From a virus (lineage: Duplodnaviria; Heunggongvirae; Uroviricota; Caudoviricetes), in the IMG/VR virus record IMGVR_UViG_3300031555_002904: a DNA stretch of 64,000 nt, one strand, 5' to 3'. Under the pieces are notes generated by a model, which was not told the origin of the DNA, did not search any database, and saw only the letters and a program-made list of their open reading frames with translations. Numbering within the stretch: the stretch's first letter is position 1; each line of letters begins with the position of its first letter. Made by a program: the position numbers and the translations under genes. This document shows positions 46,714 through 59,012 of the stretch, piece by piece.

Positions 46714-49700
46714 TTATTTACGATTAGCATATTGAGATGCTCTATTGATAAGAGTATTAAATGCTTCTTCGATTTCGTTTCTATCTTGTACTCCTGGGAA
46801 ACTAGCTTCAATATGTACTTGTTGTTCAAGGACATCTCCACCGCCCATATTTCCAAGAGACGGACTAGATAAAGCTCCACCAAGCTGAGAATTCATACTA
46901 TACAAATCAATAGCAGAAACAATCTTATCAAGAATATCCATTGCTTGCAAGAAGTTTTCAGTATCATTTGCATTTAGCACCAATTCTTTTTGGTGTAACA
47001 TTGCTAACTTACCATAAGAACCTTCCCAGTCTCCAGTGTAGCCACCAGTAGCAAAGCCCTCTAGGTCAGTTTTCTTAATCCAACCTGTAATGCCAGAAGC
47101 ACTATAGTTAGGACCTGAAGGGTCTCCAATAAGAACTTTTTCTCCATTAATTTTCTTAACTTTGAAATTGTTGCCCTTAACTGGATTCCAAATACCTTCT
47201 CCAGTAGCCCATCTGCTTGCGCTCTTCTTAACGGTAACTGTAGAACCAACCTTTAATTCAGGAACAGTGGCCTCCTCAGGTTCAGGCTCTGGTTCAGGAA
47301 CTGGTTCTTCTGGCTCGGGTTCAGGGTCTGGAGTAATCGCAGGAGTAACTTCAGGAGTATTTTCATTGGTATAATCTTCATTAATTACACCCATCATTTC
47401 TTCATACTTCTTAATAACTTCATCAATTTGATTTTGAATGCCAATATAAGCTTCACTTAACTTACCCGCAGCTTCAACTTCAGACATCATTGCACCAACA
47501 ACGCCGCTCTCGCCATCTTCACCAATTAGAGTATTTTTCAAATTCTCACTCTTGGTATTGATTTCTTCAACCTTTTTACTTACGTCATCAAGACCAGATT
47601 CCTCAAGAACGGTTCCACAAACTTCAGCCCAGGTCTTCATGCTTTCAGCAGCTCCGGCAAAGTAATCATCAGTTGCGACTTTCCAATCTTCAGTCTTATA
47701 CATCATATCACTAAAGTCAGTACTCCAAGCATCTTTGATAACATTACTATCAGTAGTTAATGCTACTTGATATAAGCTTGAATATTGCTTTAATTTCTCA
47801 TAATAATAATCCTGAATTTCAGCCTTGCGTCTTTGATATTCTTCTTCAGACTCAATTTCACCATTCATCCACATTTCTGTTAATTCAGTAATAGCATCTT
47901 GAGCTTCTTGCATGGTTTCAGCATACTTTTGACTATAATCATTAGCACCTTCTAATCCAAGATTATAAAGAGCATTTTGCTTATCTGCCAATTCTTGTTC
48001 GGCCTCACCGACCGCAGACTGGTCCGCAGTATAAACATAACCAAAATTGCCTTCACTATCGCGCTGTAAGCGAACAGTAGATTTAGCACTTTGAGCTTCC
48101 TCTAATGCAATTTCAGCCAAAAGTAAATCATACTTGGCCTACTGGATATCTAACTCATATTGACTTAACTCAGTTTGATTTTGCATCTATTCTGTTTCAT
48201 TAATGAAATTAGCCAACTTTCGCTTTGCTACAGAGTTAGTAGTTTTATCAATTTCTTGTTGAGCTTGACGCATCAATTTATTAGTTTCATAAATTTGATT
48301 TGTAGTTGTTAGATATTCTTCTTGTAGACTACTGCGGCGCTCCATAGAAGTTAATAACTCATCAAATGAAGTTCCGCCCGTTAAAGACTCTTCCATGGTC
48401 TTAGCTAATCCAGCTAATTCATTTTCAATAACTGCCTTCATTGCTTCAGCCCACTCTTCAGTCTTACTTAACATATTTTCTTGAGCTTCATTAGCTGCCT
48501 CTTGGGCCGCAATCCAATTCTTTTTATAAGTTTCATACTCATTAGAACCTTCAATTGCTGTTGCCATTTTAGCAGCCCAATCTTCAGCTTCGGCATTAGA
48601 CTTTTCATAAAGTTTTTGTTGGACTTGCATTTCATTGCGAAGATTTGCGGCTTTGGATTGTAAAACTTTACCCTTGGTTGCATAATCTTCTTGCTTACCA
48701 ACTAATTCAAGAATATTAGAATAATGGTCGAGAACAGAATTTAACTCTTCCATTTCATCTGTATACAAAGAAATTTCTTCAAGAGCCATATCCATTACTT
48801 CACCATAATACTCTTGCATAGCTTTCTTTTGTTCTTCTAATGCCTATAAGTTTTCAATGGTTGCACTTTGAGCTTCACGCAAACCTTCCTTATATGCATC
48901 CATAGAAATTTCACCAGCATAATAAGCCCTAGTTAATTCATTAACATATTCTTCTTGATGCTTTAAATTATCAGTATAAATATCGGCTTGTCCAGCTAAA
49001 TATCCAAAAGCTTCTGCAGTTTTATAAATATTACCTTCAGCTTTGCCCATATAATATTCTAATAATTCAAGTTCAGAATCATTAATTTCAATTTCATATT
49101 CAAGTTTATAATTTAATTGTTCATAATTGTTATCTTGCCATTCGTAAATTTTATCTTGAATATCATTGTCTAAATCTTCAATTAATTCACGAGTTTCATC
49201 ATATTGGTCAATTGCTTCTTTTACTTTATCAATACGCTCTTGAATTTTATCAATTTTTTCTTGTTCATCTTCATCAGCATTACCATCAGCATTGGCCGCT
49301 TCTATAGCAGCATCAATTTCATTATATAAATCAGTTAAAACTTCATCATATCTAGTGAAATTGCCTTCTGCGTCAAAATCTGCGTCTGTAATTGTAACTC
49401 CTGCTTCTGCACTAATAGTATCTTTCAAAGCTTTTTTATCAATATCAAGATTATCTTGTGCTTCTTTTCGTTTTTTCTTTAATGCATCAATTTCTTCTTC
49501 TAAAGCATCATTAACTTTTTTCATTTGCTTTAAACGTGCAGGACCCCATAGACGGTCAGCAGCCTTAGAAGCATCATCCATTTTATCTGCAATGTCATCA
49601 AGTTTATCGTCAATTTCTTTATATCGGTCAACAACATCAGTTTTCTTTACTTTGTCGGCTTTCTTTGGCTTGGAGCCGCCACCGCCTCCTCCGCCACCGC

Positions 49701-52700
49701 CTTTATTGGCTTTAGCATCAGCGACACCACCACCGCCGCCTTTATATTTAGAACTACCGATTTTTGGAACATATACATATTGTTCACCACTAATATCCAT
49801 GTCAGATGTAATTGGCACATATTCAATGCTTCCATCAACACCTGCAACTTGAATATAACCCTATTGGCTTTGACGGGCAAAAGAACTAACTGCTACTTGT
49901 TCATATTCAATAATTGGTTCATAACCAATACCTGATAAAATGTCATTCATTTGTTCTACAGTTACTGCGCCAGAATCCAATAATCCCTATAAACCAGCTG
50001 CAAATCCAGTGGAATCTAAAGTTGCTCCAACTTCAATATCATCCAAATTAACATTGGCTAAAAAATTATTAACTTCTGTCATAACTTGACCCTAAGCAGA
50101 TTCATCAAGTACAACCTTCATAACAATTTCTTCTGTTATTTTTGCTCTTAAAGCTTCATAAGCTCCATCAACTTCATTATAAACGTCTTGAATTAAATTC
50201 CAATTATCTTGAGCAAAATTATCTGGTAATAAAGCAAATTCTTCATCAGATAAGTCCATCATATCTTGTAACATAGAATTTACTTTTGGCATAACTTTAT
50301 TAATATCTTTTAAACTAGCTTCATTATCTGATAAAACTTTGTCCCAATCTTCATAACTTTCAACCAACTCAGTGCATCCTTTTTCCATCCGATACTGAGC
50401 TAAAGCAAATTTTTGAGCTTCTTGTCGATTTTCTTCTAAGAATTTACCAGATTCAATTAATGCATCAACATAATTATTAAGTTCTTCAGTGTCGAAACCC
50501 TCAGCTTCAACTTCTTTTTCAAAAGCACCCTAGGCAGCTTTATCATATGCTTCTACAGAAATCTTACCATCTTGCAACATCTAATCTAATTCATCTAAAG
50601 ATGTAGCCGTAGATGCAATAGCCTCTTTACTTTGTTCAATTTCTGTATTATTAGCATCCAGCTATTGTGTTAAATATTCTTCTGCAGCTGCTGCTCCGCC
50701 AAGAGACGTTGTTTGTTCATTCACAGCAGTTGTCAATGCTTTAACATCTAAAGTGCCAGCCTACATATCATCACGCCATTGTTGAACTTGAGCGGGGTCA
50801 TAGCCAGTCTACTCTAAGAAATTTAATTGAGCATTAGCTACATCAGTATTCTAAACAAATTGTCCATTTCCAGTGTAAACATGACCACCCATTGTAGTAC
50901 TATCCATCTTACCCAAAGAGCTAATATCATGATTTAATACATTTTCAATTTCTGCATTATCTTCAGTTTTTGCAGTAATTGTATTTTCAAAACCTTCCAA
51001 CTACTATTCATTAACAGCAGCATAGAAAGCTTCTGCATCACCAATTAATTTATAAGTACCATCAGCCATTCGCATGAAATAATCTTCCATACCTGGACCC
51101 AATTCTTTAAATTGCTCAGCTGTAATAGTATCACCAGATTTTAATGAATCAACAATCTCAGATAATGTTTTATATTTATTTGCAGCATTTTCGAAGCCCA
51201 TAGCTCCTTCGTTCATTACATTAATTAAATTATTTAATTCATCAGCAGTATAATGAGTAGCAACACCCGCGGCATCCAATGCGTCTTGTAAAGTCTCTGG
51301 GGTAGCAGTGCTCCAGTCTATAGTTCCAAGAGCATTTGCAAATTCGTCAGAATATTCACCAGCATCAGTAAACATCTTAGCCAATACATCCATACCAGCC
51401 TATCCACTAGTTGCATATGCAGTTTCAAAAGCATTTGCTAAATTTTCTGACTGTCCAAGAGTTAGATTATCTAACTCTCCATTATCAAACATGGTTTGCA
51501 TCTAATCAGAAACGGAGTCAACATAATTTCCCATTAAAGATTGCCATTCACCAGCAAAGCTCTCTGTAGCAGAAGCAAATGATTCTCCAAAAGCTGCCGC
51601 ACTTTCAAAGCCCATCGCTTGAGCTTCTTCATCAGTAACCATAGCAGCAACTTCATCTGCACTCATACCCTACTAACCAATAGTTAATTTTTCTGTATCT
51701 CCAGTAATAGCAGTACTAATAACACCTTTATTTTCATCAGCTCGTGCCATTACTTGATTCATAGTATCTACAAGATTTAATGCATTTTCTTCCATACCCT
51801 CTTGCGCGTACATTTCACGCATTTGAGCTTCTACTTGCTCTGGAGTTAACTCAATTGGATTTCCGTCAGCATCCAAGAACTCTTGCTTACCATCTAACCA
51901 AGTACCTATACCATTATTGGTATAGCCCATCATTTCAGCATAAGCATCATACATTTGGTCTTGAGTCATTCCGTCAAGCTTATCTTGAGCTTCTGATTCC
52001 TCAGTCCCTTGAGTATTTAATGCAGCTTCTAATAACTCATCTTGATATTCACTGTCCTAAAATGCAGTTTCATCACTCAAATTTTGCGCCAACTATGCTT
52101 TTGTAGCAGCTTCATTGGCCGCTGCGTTTGCTAAAATTGCTGCATTTGCTTCAGATAGGGCCGCGGAATTTTCCATTAATGCATTTATAAAATCTTGCTA
52201 ATAAGTTGTTAATGCATCTGGGTCCCATCCCATTGTTGCTGCAATATTTTTTTCACCTTCAGCGAAATAAGCATCAGAACCACCTTCTGCATTTCTGGCC
52301 GCAGCTAATACAGTTTCAATATTAGTATCAGAGATTAAATAATTCTAATAATCAGACCCATAATACATGGAATCCTTATTAGCTTCTTTTCGAATATTAG
52401 AAATAGTAACATCGTCTTCTTTTTCATTCTCATATTTCTAAGCGCCTGTTAATGCACTAGAAGTTTTTTCAACTCTTTCACGATGTTCATCTTTCTTTGT
52501 CTAAAGAGCATTTTCATCAATTTGAATTAAACCATTTTCATCCACATGGAACTAATCACTTGTTAATTCATAAGTATCAATTAATTCTCTTGCCGCAGCA
52601 TTAGCCTCCATGAGAGCTTCCGTATATTCCTCGGTACCCTTAGCTAATCCTTCTAACGATTCTTTTGCACTATCATATCTATTGATAGTAGCTAACAATT

Positions 52701-55700
52701 CTTCATAAGCACTTTTTGCATTTTGTGCCGCTTGTGCAGTTTTTTCAGTGGCTTCTTGTGCACTCTTCAGCTATCCTTCTGGAGAATTTGCTGCTATCGC
52801 AGAACCTAAAGCAATAAAAATTGCAATCAATGCTGTTACTGCTAAAATAATCCAACCAATTGAACCTAACGCAGCGGTCATACCCGCACTCGCAGTTGCA
52901 CCTGCTGTTGCTGCAGTAGTACCAAACATTGTCATTAAAGTTGATGCAACTGGTAAAATACCGATTACAACACTGATTACTGCACTAATTTTATCCCAAG
53001 CTGTTGCATCAGGATTATTAAAAACATCAATAGCTCCCTATACTGAACTGATTGCAGAGCCTAGTCCCATAATTAAATCAGTAGTATTAGTAATCTAATC
53101 GGCCCAATCTGTTAAACCGCTCTTATTAAAAGATTCATTTAAACCTTCTTCACTACCGCCAACATTTAAATTAGCGTTTTCGCTATCCATTTGTTTCTAA
53201 GCAGCTTGCTTAGAACGAAGATAATCTTCTCCTCCACGAGTTTTTGCATCTGCGCTTGTTTCTCCACCATAAGGCGTTCCTGCTGCATCCACTGTCAACA
53301 TTTGAGCCTAATCTTCAAGAACTGAAGTAATACCGCCTTCCTCTTCACTAGATAGCTATCCTAAAATTTCTTCAAGACGTTCAGCACTAGCAGTAGTACT
53401 ATTTAATTCTTGTGTCATATTTTCTAAATCTGCAATTCTACCATCTAATACACTATCAGATTTACCCAAAGCAGCTAATGCAGCCTATAATTCTTTAGCT
53501 TCAGCAGCTGTCGCAGCAAGCTTTTGTTTTAATGTATCCTATACTTTACCTAATCCAGTATCGGCAGTTTTATAAACTTCATTACCATTATCGTCTTTAG
53601 TTTTTACTGAAAGTTTAGAAGCAGTTTCTCTTAAATCTTTGGCACGGACTTCCGTCATAGCACCTTTATCCACTGCTTTTCCAATATTTTCAATTTTTTC
53701 GCTAGCCTATCTTTCAGCATCTCTCATTGCTTCATCTAGCTCAGACTTCATAGCTTCACCATATGCCTAAGCAGCTTCTTCTCCAGCAGCTTTAACTTTA
53801 TCAAAAATAGCTTTCGCCATTTCATCTCTACTGTCGGCCGCCTCTCTTAATCCAGCTAAAAATTCTCCTCGAACAGCATCAGCTGTTACTGTTTCACCAG
53901 AATCTACTACCCTCTACCGAGCCTAAGCATATTGCTAATTAATATAATCTCCCTACTCACCAAATCGATGATGTTTTGTCTTTCTGTGATTTGCTCCATA
54001 ATCTATTACATCGTCAAAGGCTTGAGATATTGCGTCATTTCGTTTTTGATTTTCTTCACCCTAATGTTTCTTCTAAAAATCTTCCTTGGCCTTATCTCTA
54101 GCCTCAATTTTCTCATAGGCTTTTGCTAAATCTCGAGCGTCTTCAACTTCTTCCCTTGCTGCATCCGCTGCTTTACCAGCAGCAATTGCTCTCTTATCCA
54201 TTGCTCGTACTAAATCCATTTGAACTTGAAGCTATTTAAGCTCTTCTTCAGTTACGCGACCAGCAGCTGCACGTAGCTATTCTTGCATACGAATTTCTCT
54301 ATCAAGAGAAGCATTTTCTGCATCGCCTTCACGACCACGCATATTAGATTTTAAGTTACGAATACCCTCAAGAGCATCTTCTTTAGTCTTTTCATGTTCT
54401 TTTTTACCCGCTGGAGTAAATTGCTTAATACTATAAGCAGCATTTCTTAAACCCTAAGCAATTTCTTTATGGAAAACTTTTGTGGCAATAGCTCCAATAG
54501 TTGCTAGAACGCCACCTAAACCTCCAAAAGCATCAACTAAACTACCTACTCCATCAATAACATGGCTTAAACCATCTAAAAAACCAATGAAAAAATCGTC
54601 ATCTAAAATTTTAGTATATAAATTTTCTGCTGCTGCTGTTACTCTGTCTCGAGCAGCCTCCCAGCTTTCAGCATAAATCTCAGCTTGTTTATTAAGTTCT
54701 CCATCCGCTGCGCCAGCAGTTGCAAGATTTTCTTCCATAAAATCCCAATTATCCATCAAAGTAACCATTTGGTTATATTGACGAACACCAGCAACAGTTT
54801 GAGCCAATGCCAACTATTGGTCTTTATTTAAAGTTACCCATTTTGCGGCCATTTCTTCAAGAATACTATCCATATTCTTCAATTCGCCAGTTTGGTCAAA
54901 AATACTAATACCGACTTTTTGCAAAGCTTCAGAGTATTTATTTAAAGTAGTACCATCTTCAAGGGTGTCTCCTTGCTTTAAACCTTGAATACGTGCAAAG
55001 ATTGTTTTTAATGCTGTACCAACAACTTCTTCACTTTCACGAGATGTTGCAGTAATTGTTGCCAAAGCAGATGCAGCATATTCATAACTCAAACCAATAG
55101 TATCTGCAATACCGGCAAATTTCTCTAATCCACCAGCAATTTCATCAGTGCTAGACGCAGTTGCAGCACCTAATTTTGTTAATACATCGGCATAATGTTC
55201 ATAAGCAACATCGCCTTCTTTGTTAAAATTATTCCAAATAGCAGTTAATTGATTAGAAACAACATCTGCGCTTTGTCCAGTTACATTTGCCATTTTTGCA
55301 GTAACAGCAGCTTTTTGCATAGCTTCAGATTGAGTATCACCCTATTGGAAATAGATTAAAGAAGCTTTAGCATATTCATTAGTTGTTGTACTTAATGCCC
55401 GCGCTGCCTTATTTGCCTTAGCTGCAAATGCATCCATTTCAGCAACACTAGCACCAGTAACAATGCGAATATCATTTAAAGATTTATTTAAATCTTGAGC
55501 ATATCCATAAGCAGACTATACGGTTCCCATAAAACCATGTAAAATACTAGAAGATAACTGCCATCTTGCAGTATTTGCTAATGTAGTACCAAGCTCTCTA
55601 ACCCTTTGACTGCATCTAATTAAAGGAGCTTCTGCCTATAAAACAGACTAAGCTAAATTCGTAAATGCTTGACGACCGGCCGGACCAAGAGCATTTAATT

Positions 55701-55989
55701 GATTAGCATATTGCTGAAGAGAAACTCCGCCTTTTTTTAAGGAATCAGAAAATTGACCTAAATCTAATTTTCCTGTTTTTAAATTTGTAGCCGCTTCTAG
55801 TTTAGCCTATAACTCTCCTGCTGCGGTCATAGCTCTTTGAATTTCAGGTGTAATTTGTGAAATTCCACTATTTTTCAATGCAGAACCAGTAGCCAATCCA
55901 TTAAGCTCTTTTTGCAAATTTTTAATTGCGGCAATAGCCTCATTCGTATTCGCAGTAAAAGCTAAACTAACATTAAGATTTTTTGCCAT
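46714..55989 (-). CDS. Tail tape measure protein (3091 aa, table 15)
   Basis: Eight track ORFs lie in one frame; the gaps contain TAG only (about 50 counted). TP901-type TMP core ([Q]SAYGYAQDLNKSLNDIRIVTG, ASLIYFQ[Q]G, GTALKTIFARIQ, KDQ[Q]LALAQTVAGVRQY). Hydrophobic TM block near 52780-53000, long helical Ala/Glu-rich body, C-terminal FATGGYTG motif, TAA stop. Confidence 0.9.
47270..47350 (-). repeat. Pro-Glu low-complexity linker in the tape measure C-terminus
   Basis: TPDPEPEPEEPVPEPEPEPEE. Confidence 0.85.
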
Positions 55990-56030
55990 ACAAATTTTTA
56001 TCTCCTTTCTCTCCTAATTTTTTATTTTGC

Positions 56031-56076
56031 AAAATAAAAAATCGGGGATGAGAATAATCAAATTCTCATCCCCGAC
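56031..56076 (-). terminator. Rho-independent terminator between the chaperone and tape measure genes
   Basis: TCGGGGATGAGAAT / ATTCTCATCCCCGA stem followed by TTTTTATTTT. Confidence 0.8.
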
Positions 56077-56121
56077 TATTCCTATTAAAATTTAAAAATC
56101 TAAATAATAAGAATAATTTAA

Positions 56122-56661
56122 TTAGCCCAATTTAGTTAGGACTTCACGCAATAAAGCCATATTCTCTGGGTCCCCAATCTTCTTTTGGATTTCAGTAGCA
56201 TCAAAATTTAAATTATCATAATCAGCTTTTAATGTATCTAAAATTCCCATTACAGAATTATTATATTGATAAATATTATTAATAGTAGACCAAACATTTT
56301 CTTGAATTTCTTGCCAATCTTTTTCACGAATAACATCAACAATATCTGTAAAAATACCAGTGCTTACTAAAATATCATATAATTTAAATGGGTCTTCTTT
56401 CATTTTTTCAGTGAAACTTAAATTAGTATAAGCATAAGTAATTTCTAATACCATATTAAATTTTACTCTCATTGGATTGTAAAATCCATTATCATCAATA
56501 GACTTATTAATAATGTTTGATACTAATTCAAGCTTTTCCTTAAAAGGTAAATAATGTTTTACTTCATAATAAACTTCTTCTCCTGCTAAATTATAATAAA
56601 AGACACTTGTTGCCCCTCCGTCTACTTTAGCTTGAAGTTTTGAAAATGGTACTTTAGCCAT
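56122..56661 (-). CDS. Probable tail assembly chaperone (179 aa)
   Basis: Immediately upstream of the TMP, helical, TAA stop, no TAG. Assignment is positional. Confidence 0.6.
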   Translation of the reverse strand: MAKVPFSKLQAKVDGGATSVFYYNLAGEEVYYEVKHYLPFKEKLELVSNIINKSIDDNGFYNPMRVKFNMVLEITYAYTNLSFTEKMKEDPFKLYDILVSTGIFTDIVDVIREKDWQEIQENVWSTINNIYQYNNSVMGILDTLKADYDNLNFDATEIQKKIGDPENMALLREVLTKLG

Positions 56662-56696
56662 AGCTAAACTCCTCCTTTATCTCATTTTACAATTAT

Positions 56697-56725
56697 ATTA
56701 TACCAGAAAATTTCTGATTTGTCAA
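56697..56725 (-). promoter_or_regulatory. Perfect sigma-A promoter with extended -10
   Basis: TTGACA (56725-56720), 17 nt ending in TGG, then TATAAT (56702-56697), upstream of an AAGGAGGAG RBS. Confidence 0.85.
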
Positions 56726-56728
56726 ATT

Positions 56729-57898
56729 TTATACATTAAACTTTATATTGATTGGAGCTAAATTTAAGTTTTTACGCACAGTATTATAAGCTTCAGTCTC
56801 CATAAAAGATTCGCTTTTAGCAACATCATTGCTACTAGTAGTTTTTAAAGACTTATACATTATATTAGCTAAAGACTTAGGTTTTAATCTTGGATTTTCA
56901 TGCATTCTTTCCATTCTTTTAATAAGTCTATTAATTAAACTCTCAAGTCTTGTTAATGCTAATTCAAAGTTTTTACCTGAATCTGCTAATGTTGATTTAA
57001 TCTAAATATTATAAATTACGGCTCCAGACTCATCAATAACAACAACGTCTCCTCCTGTCAACCAACTAGCTGAGTTTAATGATGCTAATAACCAAGGCTA
57101 TACTACTTGTGGAGAACTAAAAATCCCTGAAAATCCACCGTGGTCATCTATTTTTAAATTTACAAGCTAATTACTATTAACAGCACTAGCAGACATTAAA
57201 CCAAATAATTGTTTATTGTATTGAGCCACATGATTCATAAAAGCATCTAACTATTTACCTTCGGCATTGCCCTAAGAAGCAAAAATAATTTCTCCATAAC
57301 TACGTCCAGTAAAAGATTCATGTCTAGACTAATACAAAGGAGATTTTGAAGAAATTGTTTTATGTAATAATTGAGCATCTGTATTATTCATTTTATAGCC
57401 AGAAAGTTGATTACACATATCACTATAATGTCGTCTAAAAAAATTCTAAATCTCTTGAGCGGCCGCATATGCAGCTAAATCTTTATCCAAAGAACCAACT
57501 GCCGTATTTAATTGAGTTTTAGTAACATTAATACCACCCTCAGTCATTACACTTGCTTCTTCTATATTCTAGGACCAAGTCAATTCTTTTTCTCCAAATT
57601 TAGTAATAGCAATTAAGGTAACAGCATTATTACCAAAATATTTTTTTTGAATCTATTCCCATCTTTCATATATCTTTTTTGCACTATAAGATGACTGACG
57701 TCTCATAGCATTTTTCCATACTCCTGGATGAGACTGACTCTCTCTTAATTCCATAGTATACATTTGAGATATTTCATCTTTTAATATTACTAAATCGTGA
57801 TAAAATTCTTGATTTTTTTCATTATACCATTCTTCAAATATTTGAATAAAAGTATCTTTATCCAATAAATGTCCACCAAAAATAATACCTTCAGCCAT
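56729..57898 (-). CDS. Hypothetical protein (389 aa, table 15) with a possible PD-(D/E)XK nuclease-like motif
   Basis: Only two short fragments appear in the track. Nine in-frame TAGs join them into one ORF (AAGGAGG RBS, TAA stop). Contains TGGDVVVIDESGAVIYNI[Q]IKST (D...Q-x-K). Confidence 0.7.
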
Positions 57899-57925
57899 TC
57901 TATTCCTCCTTTTACTACAAATGAC

Positions 57926-57960
57926 AAAAAGGGGAGAGATTAATTTCTTAATCTCTCCCC
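57926..57960 (-). terminator. Rho-independent terminator after the tail tube gene
   Basis: GGGGAGAGATTAA / TTAATCTCTCCCC stem followed by T5. Confidence 0.85.
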
Positions 57961-57981
57961 TTAAATTTATTTAATTGTCAA

Positions 57982-58986
57982 TTATTCCTCAGTTGCAAAA
58001 CCTGCAAAGGGACGAGTACCAGCTACCATGCCATTGAAGTCAATAGTATCAGTAGAATGAGTGCTTACACGGTCGATAGCGCTATCGGTATCAGCAGATT
58101 CAATAATCTGAATAGCTGCCAGAACCTTCTTAGTGCGGTCGAAACGAGTATAATCTGGGAATGCATCCATAGTGAAAGTGAAAGTGGATGGGTCGCCAGA
58201 AGATGCCATAGTGAAAGTAAAGTTAGACTGAATCTTGCAGTTAGGAATTACGAACTCTGCAGGCATATCAACACCCTCAGTATTACGGAACAGAGTAGAA
58301 GCCTCTAGGTAATAGTTACCACCGAACTTGTCGGGAGTGATATCAATCTGCTGTGCCATAGACTTACGAGCAACATAGTAGTCAACCAATACAACACAAC
58401 CAGCATAGAAAGGACTCAAATCGTTAGCACGAGCCTGCTGATTAACCTCACTACGAGCTTCATCAGTCCAAGTTTCAGTTAACTTAATTACATTGCCTTC
58501 AACAGAACTAGGAATGAAAGGCTCAGTAACGATTTCACCATTCTGCATTAACATAACATAAATGAAATCTTCACCATAGCCACTCTTACCCAACTCAGGT
58601 ACATAAGGAGCTTCCTGTAGAGTAATAGTTACTTCACCATCGCCAACAACAACAGCATCAGTCTGCTCAGTAGTATGAACCATAATGGGCTTAGCATCAC
58701 TAGCCTCAATCAAACCTGCGCCAGATAGAATCATGAAGCCAGCGGGAGAGATTAGAGCATCTTCCATAGTGAAAGTAATGGTACGCTCACCTTCCCAAGC
58801 CATCAAACGAGAGTTACCACGGCCGCCCTGTGCATAAACGGTAGTAGCAGCACCCTCCATGCTAGAAGTCTTCAGAGTATCAAAATAGATAACAGGTTCG
58901 TTCTTATAGAAAATCTTGTTACCAACCTTCTGGTTAGCCTTTGCCTTTAAGACAACATCACAAATTTCGCGAACGCCAAATTTCAT
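57982..58986 (-). CDS. Major tail (tube) protein (334 aa)
   Basis: Start MKFGVREICDVVLK after AAGGAGG (the track start at 59034 lies in the upstream gene). AQGGRGNSRLMAWEG and FTMASSGDPSTFTFTMD resemble tube proteins. High-expression codon style, followed by a terminator, no TAG. Confidence 0.75.
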   Translation of the reverse strand: MKFGVREICDVVLKAKANQKVGNKIFYKNEPVIYFDTLKTSSMEGAATTVYAQGGRGNSRLMAWEGERTITFTMEDALISPAGFMILSGAGLIEASDAKPIMVHTTEQTDAVVVGDGEVTITLQEAPYVPELGKSGYGEDFIYVMLMQNGEIVTEPFIPSSVEGNVIKLTETWTDEARSEVNQQARANDLSPFYAGCVVLVDYYVARKSMAQQIDITPDKFGGNYYLEASTLFRNTEGVDMPAEFVIPNCKIQSNFTFTMASSGDPSTFTFTMDAFPDYTRFDRTKKVLAAIQIIESADTDSAIDRVSTHSTDTIDFNGMVAGTRPFAGFATEE

Positions 58987-59012
58987 GGTTTGTATCCTCC
59001 TTAAAATTTTAG

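Noticed and set aside
2710-48189. TAG immediately followed by ATG (2713, 14842, 32160, 48187) as designed re-initiation sites
   Set aside because: Four cases among about 130 TAGs is close to what ordinary Met frequency predicts, and no internal RBS is obvious.
49675-49745. Poly-Gly stretch in the tape measure as a collagen-like or repeat element
   Set aside because: It is a short G-rich flexible linker (KGGGGGVADAKANKGGGGGGGGGS) without Gly-X-Y periodicity.
56100-56200. Programmed -1 frameshift at the end of the tail chaperone gene
   Set aside because: No X-XXY-YYZ slippery site is evident near the stop, and a terminator follows instead of an overlapping frame.
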